Part shown: piece after piece, positions 56,950 to 64,000 of the stretch
Layout of the letters: each line of letters starts with the position of its first letter
How positions within the stretch are numbered: the first letter of the stretch is position 1
Source of the DNA: Candidatus Shapirobacteria bacterium
GTDB lineage: Bacteria; Patescibacteriota; Microgenomatia; UBA12405
Reading direction: 5' to 3'
DNA: 64,000 bases
Assembly (NCBI GenBank): GCA_022837635.1
Contig: JALHFY010000001.1
Location: 234,202 to 298,201, forward strand
The notes under the pieces: generated by a model
Databases searched by the model: none
Told to the model about the DNA's origin: nothing
What the model saw: the letters and a program-made list of their open reading frames with translations, nothing else
Position numbers and translations under genes: made by a program

Positions 56950-57761
56950 CCGGTATTGATTTTCATCTGTAATTCTTTATCAAAACGCCAGCGACGACGA
57001 TTTTGGTCATCATAATAGCGTAGAATTCTAAGGCGGTAAAAAACCGCTAGAGCGTCTCTAAGACTATTAATAACAACTTTGAAACCGGCTCCTTGAAGAT
57101 GAAGACCTTCAAAGATATAGGTCAGTTTGATTGGAGCTTCGTAAATTTTCTTGAAACCTAAATGTTTGGCGACAGCTAATATTTCTAGGTCAATAGCAAA
57201 GTTTTTAACTAAAAGACGGGGCAGAACCTTTTCCAAAACTTCTCTTTTAAAGATTTTAAGTCCAGCTTGAGTGTCACGGATATTAATTCCTAGTAAAAAT
57301 CTAGCAATTAAGTGACCACCAAAGCTAATGATTTTGCGATCGAAAGGATATTGAACTTGAGAAGCAGGATGATATTTAGAAGCAGCAATGATATCAGCAT
57401 CGTACCATTCCATGTGTTCTAAAATTAAGGAAATTCCATTGGGATCGATTTCCATGCCGGCATCAATAAAGGCAATATAGTCACCTTTGGCTCGAGCCAT
57501 GCCGTAACGAAGAGCATAACCCTTACCATGATTACTGGGATAACCGAGGACTTTTAATTTAGGTAATTTGAGTTCTTTGGCAAATTTATAAGTATTATCG
57601 ACACTGGTACCATCAACTACAACCAATAATTCAAAGTCATAGCGAATTTTTTTAAGAGTGGAATAGATGTGACGCAGGTCTTTTTTAATGGTTTTAGCTT
57701 GTTTGTAGGCAGGAACAATAACGGACAAAAAATGACTTTTATTTTTTCTCATCAAATTCAA
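56946..57761 (-). CDS. GT2 polyprenyl-phosphate sugar synthase-like (DPM1-type)
   Basis: LSVIVPAYKQAKTIKKDLRHIYSTL...LLVVVDGTSVDNT...AFIDAGMEIDP. 271 aa. Confidence 0.7.
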   Translation of the reverse strand: MNLMRKNKSHFLSVIVPAYKQAKTIKKDLRHIYSTLKKIRYDFELLVVVDGTSVDNTYKFAKELKLPKLKVLGYPSNHGKGYALRYGMARAKGDYIAFIDAGMEIDPNGISLILEHMEWYDADIIAASKYHPASQVQYPFDRKIISFGGHLIARFLLGINIRDTQAGLKIFKREVLEKVLPRLLVKNFAIDLEILAVAKHLGFKKIYEAPIKLTYIFEGLHLQGAGFKVVINSLRDALAVFYRLRILRYYDDQNRRRWRFDKELQMKINTG

Positions 57762-58836
57762 TTAGTTTATAAACAGCCAAAGTAGATAAAGCGGTATTTT
57801 GCCAGGAGAAAAACTGGGCTCGCTTTTGACCTAAGAGTGAATATTGACGACGAAGTTGAGTTGAGGTCCAAAGTTTTTTAAGAGCTTGACGAATTGAGGT
57901 TTGAGAATAAGGATCAAAGAATTCACCGGCAAAATCCATAATTTCAGGTAAACAGCTTTCTTGAGAATAAGCCACCGGGGTGCCTGATTGCATAGCTTCA
58001 ACCAAAGTTAAACCAAAACCCTCGGAAAAAGAAGCTTGGCAATAAATCGTGGCCAAATTGTAAAGAAGAGGTAGATCTTCGTCGGGAACAAAACCAAGGA
58101 GTTGTATTTTTTTTGTACCTTGGTGTTTACGAGCTTGAGATTGAAGCCAAAGAATGTCTTGTGTCCAAGGATGATCGGGAACTTCTTTGGTAGCAGCGCC
58201 ACCGGCGATAACCAGAGGGTAGTTGAGGGCTAAACAAGCTTTAGTTAAACCGGGAACATTTTTATTCCAATTAACATCACCGACAAAAAGAACAAATTTT
58301 TTAGGTAAATTATATTTTTTGGCGATTTTTTGAAAGAGTTTTTTGTTTTTTCGAGGCTTAAAATTGGCAGTGGCGGCCTCATAGGTAACATAGATTTTTT
58401 CAGCCGGATATTTGAGGTGATCTAGAATTTGATATTTAGCTGAATGTGAGGGGCAAAGGATATAGTTGGCGTTTTCTAGGCGTCGTTTTTGAATTAACCA
58501 CTTTATTTCTCCTTTGAGACCAACAGGAAAATGTTTTTTGAAAGCTCTGGGAATAAGATCGTGACAGGTGACAATTTGAGGAATGTCACTTTGAGGTAAA
58601 GTTAACTTAAAAGGATCGAAATAAGGATAATGAAGGAGATCAAAATTTTGAATTTTTGATTTCGGATCCTCAATTAGAGAAATTTGATAATGCCGATAGT
58701 TGGGATTATTTTTGACTTCCTTTTGGAGAGCATCAACCAAGTGTCGAGTGTAATAACCGACTCCCCTTTTAGAATTACCATCATTGAGAGGACTAACATC
58801 AATGCCAATCTTAAATTTTTTCATGTTCCATTTCAA
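57739..58836 (-). CDS. Glycosyltransferase family 4
   Basis: SEGFGLTLVEAMQSGTPVAYSQESCLPEIMDFAGEFF. Confidence 0.75.
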   Translation of the reverse strand: MKWNMKKFKIGIDVSPLNDGNSKRGVGYYTRHLVDALQKEVKNNPNYRHYQISLIEDPKSKIQNFDLLHYPYFDPFKLTLPQSDIPQIVTCHDLIPRAFKKHFPVGLKGEIKWLIQKRRLENANYILCPSHSAKYQILDHLKYPAEKIYVTYEAATANFKPRKNKKLFQKIAKKYNLPKKFVLFVGDVNWNKNVPGLTKACLALNYPLVIAGGAATKEVPDHPWTQDILWLQSQARKHQGTKKIQLLGFVPDEDLPLLYNLATIYCQASFSEGFGLTLVEAMQSGTPVAYSQESCLPEIMDFAGEFFDPYSQTSIRQALKKLWTSTQLRRQYSLLGQKRAQFFSWQNTALSTLAVYKLIEFDEKK

Positions 58837-59587
58837 AAACTTTTATGTAAGCAATAGGAAAACGAAGTGATGAATACCAGGCGAAAACGAAACCAGGAAA
58901 GCCATCCATAAAGCCCTTATGTCGAAAATAAGCCAAAAAGAACCAGGCTAAGGGTTTAAAAATAAAGTAAACAATGAAAGAAAAGAAACCGGTTTTTAGA
59001 CCCGCCTTTTTAAGATCAGAAGCTAAAAGTGAGGTGTAGCGATCGTTTCTTAAAAGATAGCGGGAAAAATTAGGGTCGGCATAGTGGAGGAGATCATGGT
59101 TGAGGGTGGAGACTGGACCGGTAACAACGGCTTGCTCATGAACATCTTTACAGGGAAGCCTGCCCATACCGCGACGATAAAGACGAATGGTGGGGTCAGG
59201 GTAGACACCGCCTTTTTTGAGAAAACGGCCTAAAAAGTAGTTTTGACGTTTAATCCAAAAACCATGGTATTCAGTTTTAGGAATGGTTTGTAAAATTTCT
59301 TTTTGAAGCTCTGGGCTAATAATTTCATCAGCATCAAGCTGTAAAATCCAGTCACTTTTACAAGCATCAATAGCCATCTGTTTATTAAGATGAAACATGG
59401 CTTTGTTGGTGGTAGAAATCAACCTGACTTTGGGATATTTTTTAACTATCTGAGTAGTCTTGTCCGAAGATTGACCGTCGACGATGACAATTTCATCGAC
59501 CCAGGATTTGACGGCGTTCAGGCATTTGGCAATATTTTTCTCTTCATTATAAGTGGCAATGGCGACAGAAAGAGTGGTTTTTTTCAT
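58811..59587 (-). CDS. GT2 polyprenyl-phosphate sugar synthase-like with C-terminal TM helices (GtrB/DPM1-type)
   Basis: LSVAIATYNEEKNIAKCLNAVKSWVDEIVIVDGQSSDKT...LQLDADE. C-terminus FFSFIVYFIFKPLAWFFLAYF (two TM helices) as in GtrB-type enzymes. Immediately upstream of the GT-C triplet. Confidence 0.75.
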   Translation of the reverse strand: MKKTTLSVAIATYNEEKNIAKCLNAVKSWVDEIVIVDGQSSDKTTQIVKKYPKVRLISTTNKAMFHLNKQMAIDACKSDWILQLDADEIISPELQKEILQTIPKTEYHGFWIKRQNYFLGRFLKKGGVYPDPTIRLYRRGMGRLPCKDVHEQAVVTGPVSTLNHDLLHYADPNFSRYLLRNDRYTSLLASDLKKAGLKTGFFSFIVYFIFKPLAWFFLAYFRHKGFMDGFPGFVFAWYSSLRFPIAYIKVFEMEHEKI

Positions 59588-61140
59588 TTGACTGAGTATA
59601 TTTTAAAGCTTTGACCGCTTTTTTCAAAATTATCGGCATCAATTACTAGAGAATTACTAGGAATGTGTTCAGGGATTTGGAAGTGAATATTGTCAATTTG
59701 AAGAACAGTAGAGAAACCAAAATGGTCGGGAGGAGTGGGATTAATTTTACTTTGAATTTCTGCCGGTGGATATAAACTGTAAAAGAGGTAGAGGATATAA
59801 GGTTGGTCGTACTTATTGGTCATATAAATATTTTGATAATTATGTTTTTCGGTCTCAATTAGAGGAATAATTTCTTTGAATCCCCTATTCCAGGCAAAGG
59901 AATAACGTTGAGGTGAATGAATAAAATAAGCGTCTAGAAAATAGAGACTAAAGATGAGATATAAAAAGATGAGGAGATAAGTAGATAAGTAGGGAGTAAG
60001 TTGATAAAGGCCATAGGCGGTGAAAAAAGATAGAGGCACAACCATGGATAAAGCTCGAAGAGCAGACGGTGCCTGGAAGGTCAGTGAAGAAGCCAGAGGG
60101 GAAATAAGTAGATAAGCAATGAAAAATATTTTTAGATTTAATTTGATTTTTTTAGAATGAATAAAGGAATAGAGACCATATAAAAGTAATGGCAATTCAA
60201 TTAAATGCATTTGTCCCATTTCCGGAGAAGCGGAGCGAGGGACGGCATCACCATCGATAAAAAGGAAATTAAGATCAAAATGAGACAGATATTTTTGAAC
60301 AAAAGAGAGTAAATATTGTGTTCTTTGATTATGAATAATTTTTTGAAAATAATTGATCTGACTATGGTGATGAAGAAGTTCTTTGGAACGGGAAACAGGT
60401 CCGGTATCAGCAAATAAACCGACACCACCAAAACGGGTAGTACCACCACTATTGAGGAAAGAATAAACCACAGGTACCGATAAAAGTAGAGCCATGATAA
60501 TAGAAATAATTAGAGGAGTAGATAAGCAATGGAGTAGTTTTTTAAGGTTGAGGAGAAATAAAGTGAGAACAATGAGAGGAGCGATAAGACGAGCTGAATG
60601 GTAAACATAAAGAGAGGCGATAAAGGGTAAAGGGAAAAGGAAAAGATATTTTGATTTGGGTTTGTCTAAAAAACGATAGAAAAAATAAATTCCCAAGAGA
60701 ATAAAAAAAACTGAGGTGGCACTTTCCCAGGCACCACGGGAAAAATGAATGTGCCAAGGAGACAGAGCCAATACCAGAGAACTATAGAGCGCTAGAGTTT
60801 CAGATTTAAATAAGAGAAAAACTAATTTATAAAGAATATAGACGGTTAAAACTGAGAGGACGAGATTGGGAAGACGAACAGCCAGGGGAGTGAGTCCTAA
60901 AACTTTAATAAAAGGTAGAGCTAAATAAACATAACCACCGGGTTTATAGTCACTAAAAGACTTAAAATGGAGAGGCCAAGAAATTCCGTGTTCATCACGA
61001 CCGGTCTGAATTAAAGAATAGGCATTGTAGCCCAGGGCGGCCTCATCAGGATTGAGAGAGGGTACAGAGTTAATATTCCAAAAACGAAGCAGGGTGGCAA
61101 TGACAAGAATGATAATTAATTTAGTCTTGGTGGTAAGCAT
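59584..61140 (-). CDS. GT-C family membrane glycosyltransferase (PMT/ArnT-like, polyprenyl-phosphate-sugar dependent), paralog 1
   Basis: 518 aa, ≥10 TM. First-loop motif VPSLNPDEAALGYNAYSLIQTGRDEHG (the DE motif of GT39/GT83-type GT-C enzymes). SPWHIHFSRGAWES block shared with the two upstream paralogs. Confidence 0.65.
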   Translation of the reverse strand: MLTTKTKLIIILVIATLLRFWNINSVPSLNPDEAALGYNAYSLIQTGRDEHGISWPLHFKSFSDYKPGGYVYLALPFIKVLGLTPLAVRLPNLVLSVLTVYILYKLVFLLFKSETLALYSSLVLALSPWHIHFSRGAWESATSVFFILLGIYFFYRFLDKPKSKYLFLFPLPFIASLYVYHSARLIAPLIVLTLFLLNLKKLLHCLSTPLIISIIMALLLSVPVVYSFLNSGGTTRFGGVGLFADTGPVSRSKELLHHHSQINYFQKIIHNQRTQYLLSFVQKYLSHFDLNFLFIDGDAVPRSASPEMGQMHLIELPLLLYGLYSFIHSKKIKLNLKIFFIAYLLISPLASSLTFQAPSALRALSMVVPLSFFTAYGLYQLTPYLSTYLLIFLYLIFSLYFLDAYFIHSPQRYSFAWNRGFKEIIPLIETEKHNYQNIYMTNKYDQPYILYLFYSLYPPAEIQSKINPTPPDHFGFSTVLQIDNIHFQIPEHIPSNSLVIDADNFEKSGQSFKIYSVK

Positions 61141-62731
61141 AGAAGGTAGAAATAGTATTAACCGGACTTAAGGGAATGAATTGACTAAATTCGGGACGTG
61201 ATTCCAGACCTTGACGGTAAACTTCTTCTTGAGCAAAAATACCTAAGACTCCGGGATTTTCTCGGATAAAATCGAAGTGAGCCGTTCGGAAATTAAGATT
61301 ATCAACCTGTTTGACTATTCCGGTATCGCCGTGAATATTGTCGGTAAGATGAGATTGTTGTTGATAAAGTTTGGGGGGATATTTGGAGAAGAAGAGATAA
61401 TAGATATAAGGTTGACCATAATAATCAGTAAAATAAATTTGACTGTCTTTATATTTTTCTCGATTGGCGATGACATATTTAATTGCCTCTTGGTAGCCAT
61501 AGAGTAATTGGTCGGGATCTTTTTGAATCATGTGATGATAATAAAGATCTTGATAGTAGAAAAAAGAAAGGAGATAAGATAAGCCGACAAGTAGATAAAT
61601 AGATTTTTTATGGATTTTGGAGAGACCAAGGGAGGTAAAGTAGATTAGTGGGATGGACATGGACATGGTGCGAACAGCGGTGATGGTGTCTCGAGTAAGG
61701 GCGCCGGGAATGGGGGCAAACAAAAGCCATAATAAGAAAAAGAGAGAAGTGGAAGAATAATTGAGCAGACCGATAATAAGAAAGATAAAAGAAGGATAGA
61801 GAATTACCCCGATATATGGGGCAGAATGACGGAGATTTTGCCAATCACCTTCAAAGAGTAAAAAGCGAGTGGAAAAGTGATTAAAATAACGAGAGAGAAA
61901 ATTTCTGAGAAAAAAGATAGGTTGACTATGGAAAAGTTGATAGTCCAAGTGACTGGATTCTTTAATGATTAAATCAGTTTCCTCCTGTGAGCGGGGGTAA
62001 GAACTGAGAGACAACACTTTCAGTCGGTTGCTGTCAGCAGAAAAGAGAAGACCGTAGGCGACAGGTAAAGCCAGGAGAAAAAGTGGGAGAATAAATTTTA
62101 AGGCAATGCTTTTGAAATTAGTTTTGAGGTGAGTGAATTGAGAAATAAAGAGGCTCAGAATAATTGAAGGAGTGATTAATTTTCCAGCTTGATAACTGTA
62201 GAGACTGAGAGCAAAAACTAAGGCAGAAGGTAAATAACGTTTTTTAATAAAGAAAAGAGAAGCGAGGAGTAATTCGAAAGTCAGGAGATTAGTTTCCCAG
62301 CCACCCCGAGAAAAATGAAGATTCCAGGGGTTAAAAGCGAGTAAGAGAGCGGCTAAAAGAGCCTGTTTTTCGGACTTGGGAGAAAGAGCTTTAATTAAAA
62401 AATATAAAAGGAGGGGCGATAAAGAACCGACAATAATGGAAGGTAGGCGGACAGCCAAGGGATTGAGACCAAAGAGAGCCACAAAAGGAACAGTTAGATA
62501 AATATAAATTCCCGGTTTATAGTCACCAAAAGATTTGAAAATTAGGGGTAAAAAAACGCCGTGTTCATCACGACCGGTTTTCAAAATAGAGTAAGCATTG
62601 TAGCCGATAGCAGCTTCATCCCAGAGAAGAGGTGGATAAGAAGTAGCCCGATAGACTCTAAAAACAAAGGCGATAAGAGTGAGAATGATTAAAAATAAAA
62701 GATGTTTTTTATTCATGAGTGACGATATCAA
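61121..62731 (-). CDS. GT-C family membrane glycosyltransferase (PMT/ArnT-like), paralog 2
   Basis: 536 aa. YPPLLWDEAAIGYNAYSILKTGRDEHGVFLPLIFKSFGDYKPG is near-collinear with paralog 1 (LNPDEAALGYNAYSLIQTGRDEHGISWPLHFKSFSDYKPG). Overlaps paralog 1 by 20 nt. Confidence 0.65.
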   Translation of the reverse strand: MISSLMNKKHLLFLIILTLIAFVFRVYRATSYPPLLWDEAAIGYNAYSILKTGRDEHGVFLPLIFKSFGDYKPGIYIYLTVPFVALFGLNPLAVRLPSIIVGSLSPLLLYFLIKALSPKSEKQALLAALLLAFNPWNLHFSRGGWETNLLTFELLLASLFFIKKRYLPSALVFALSLYSYQAGKLITPSIILSLFISQFTHLKTNFKSIALKFILPLFLLALPVAYGLLFSADSNRLKVLSLSSYPRSQEETDLIIKESSHLDYQLFHSQPIFFLRNFLSRYFNHFSTRFLLFEGDWQNLRHSAPYIGVILYPSFIFLIIGLLNYSSTSLFFLLWLLFAPIPGALTRDTITAVRTMSMSIPLIYFTSLGLSKIHKKSIYLLVGLSYLLSFFYYQDLYYHHMIQKDPDQLLYGYQEAIKYVIANREKYKDSQIYFTDYYGQPYIYYLFFSKYPPKLYQQQSHLTDNIHGDTGIVKQVDNLNFRTAHFDFIRENPGVLGIFAQEEVYRQGLESRPEFSQFIPLSPVNTISTFYAYHQD

Positions 62732-64000
62732 AGGCAGGGCTGTGGTCCAAAAAGTAAATGGTATTTATTTTTTGAAAGTTATGTTGATTATAGTTGCCAG
62801 GAGAGGTAATTAACAGGGTCTTGCCGGTGGGAGTAGCTAATTTTTTGATGTTCCGGTCATCAATAAAGGTGAATTTATCGAAAGCATCAAGCCAATACCA
62901 GTCTGAGTGAAAATTCCATTTTTTGTGAGGGTCTTGTTGATAGTGTTGAGGATCCCAAGGCCAATAAAATAGAATAAATTCATGAGCTTCGCCGTATTTT
63001 TTAGAAATTATAAAGTGATCAAAGTGTTGGTAATTTGATTTAAGATAATCAACTATTTGAGAGTAGCCATATTGCCAACTTTGAGAGTAAGTTAGTGAAT
63101 ATTGCCGGTATTTAGGCCAAAAGAAAGAGGTAGCGCCAAGGAAAAGTAAAGTTAAGATAAGCAAAGCTTGTTCCTTAAAGCGAGAAAATCCCAGAGCAAT
63201 AATAATAGTGGCAAAATAAACAAAGGTTAAACTTCGGAGAATATGAGGAGCATCACGAGTGATGGCTGAAGGAATTGGAGAGACTAAAAAAAAGAAGATT
63301 AGTAAATAGTTAATAGTATTTAGGTGAGTAGATAAGTAGTAAAAAGCTAAAACTAAGAAAATAAAAAGGAAAGGGAAGAGGAGAGGAAAATTGGGAATAT
63401 TGAATTGATAATGAGAAGCACCAGTTTTGAAGAGATAAAAAGGGTTAAAGTGAGCCAAATAATTTTTACTGGCTTGGTAAGTAAAATAAGTGGCTTTATT
63501 AACCAAGAATCGGGGATAAGTACTGCGTAATTCATTGATACGATTAATAGCGCCTTGGTCTAAGAGAGAAACCCGTTGATATCTGGCGGTGGCGGATTGA
63601 TTACTGAATTGAAAAATTAAGATTAAAAGTGAAATGATAAGAGGTAAAAAATCGAGAAATTTAATTTTAATTTTTTCTTTGAAGAGAATATAGATTAATG
63701 CCAAGAGGTAAAAAGGCAGTAAAACTCGGGAACTATTGTAGGTAAAAAGACAAAGAGAAAAAAATAAATTGGAAAGTAAAAGTTTTTTGGAAATCAGAAA
63801 ATAAAAACAAGTGGCAAAAAGAAATAAAAATAAGTTGGCTTCCAGAGCAATACGTGACAGAAAAATAGACCAAGGACTGAAGGCAATCAGAGCGGCAGCC
63901 ACTAGAGATAGAAATTGATTTTTGGTAATTTTTTTAACAGTTAAATAAGCGATATAAATTAAAGCGGTGCCAGCCAAAACAGAAATAATTTTGACGGTCC
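62709..64000 (-). CDS. GT-C family membrane glycosyltransferase, paralog 3 (5' end beyond window)
   Basis: Shares the AFSPWSIFLSRIALEAN block with paralogs 1 and 2, but ~90 aa closer to the called start. The true N-terminus (with the DE-loop) therefore lies upstream of the window end. The called Met at 63977 is probably internal. Confidence 0.55.
   Translation of the reverse strand, partial: TVKIISVLAGTALIYIAYLTVKKITKNQFLSLVAAALIAFSPWSIFLSRIALEANLFLFLFATCFYFLISKKLLLSNLFFSLCLFTYNSSRVLLPFYLLALIYILFKEKIKIKFLDFLPLIISLLILIFQFSNQSATARYQRVSLLDQGAINRINELRSTYPRFLVNKATYFTYQASKNYLAHFNPFYLFKTGASHYQFNIPNFPLLFPFLFIFLVLAFYYLSTHLNTINYLLIFFFLVSPIPSAITRDAPHILRSLTFVYFATIIIALGFSRFKEQALLILTLLFLGATSFFWPKYRQYSLTYSQSWQYGYSQIVDYLKSNYQHFDHFIISKKYGEAHEFILFYWPWDPQHYQQDPHKKWNFHSDWYWLDAFDKFTFIDDRNIKKLATPTGKTLLITSPGNYNQHNFQKINTIYFLDHSPAFDIVTHE

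Noticed and set aside
1-64000. Looked for CRISPR arrays, rRNA, tRNA, integrase/transposase genes and long inverted repeats flanking the island
   Set aside because: No regularly spaced direct repeats, no rRNA-like or cloverleaf-like stretches, and no recombinase-like ORFs were recognised. The island seems to be a native, vertically maintained glycan locus rather than a bounded mobile element. tRNA scanning by eye is weak and should be repeated computationally.

Overview
The window is AT-rich and gene-dense, with many 4-30 nt gene overlaps, consistent with a small-genome bacterium. A CPR/Patescibacteria-like origin is only an inference from gene size and overlap style. No rRNA, tRNA or CRISPR was seen.

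Positions 1-7.3 kb (all minus strand) carry the tail of a division/cell-wall (dcw) cluster and three housekeeping genes:
- dcw part: rsmH - ftsL - ftsI(PBP) - murE - [ATE/Bpt-like GNAT protein] - MurC/Mpl-like ligase, which is cut by the window start
- then a lipoprotein, glyQS and recO

From about 7.3 kb to the window end there is a glycan-biosynthesis island of roughly 57 kb with no housekeeping interruption. Its contents:
- DUF4012 protein, a small PglC-type priming phosphoglycosyltransferase and ManC
- about 12 GT4 and 13 GT2 glycosyltransferases, including one GT2-GT4 fusion
- four DPM1/GtrB-like polyprenyl-phosphate-sugar synthases
- six or seven multi-TM GT-C-like proteins, including three tandem PMT/ArnT-like paralogs and one with a TPR tail
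- a Wzy/ligase-like membrane protein
- galE and ugd
- two separate Wzm/Wzt-type ABC-2 exporters, one of which has a Wzt C-terminal carbohydrate-binding extension
- an RgpF-like/methyltransferase fusion, four more class I SAM methyltransferases, and a cobalamin-domain radical SAM enzyme with an unusual Cx4Cx2C cluster motif
- a hexapeptide acetyltransferase, a YvcK/CofD-family protein, a DUF192 protein, a lysyl-phosphatidylglycerol-synthase-like TM protein, and a HigB/HigA-type toxin-antitoxin pair

The most interesting reading is an elaborate, probably multi-product, extracytoplasmic glycosylation system. Cytoplasmic assembly would run on a PGT-primed lipid carrier, with export by ABC transporters. 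A chain-terminator-sensing Wzt plus a methyltransferase capping enzyme would control termination. Repeated three-component (Pren-P-sugar synthase / small membrane protein / GT-C) modules would decorate glycans or proteins outside the membrane.
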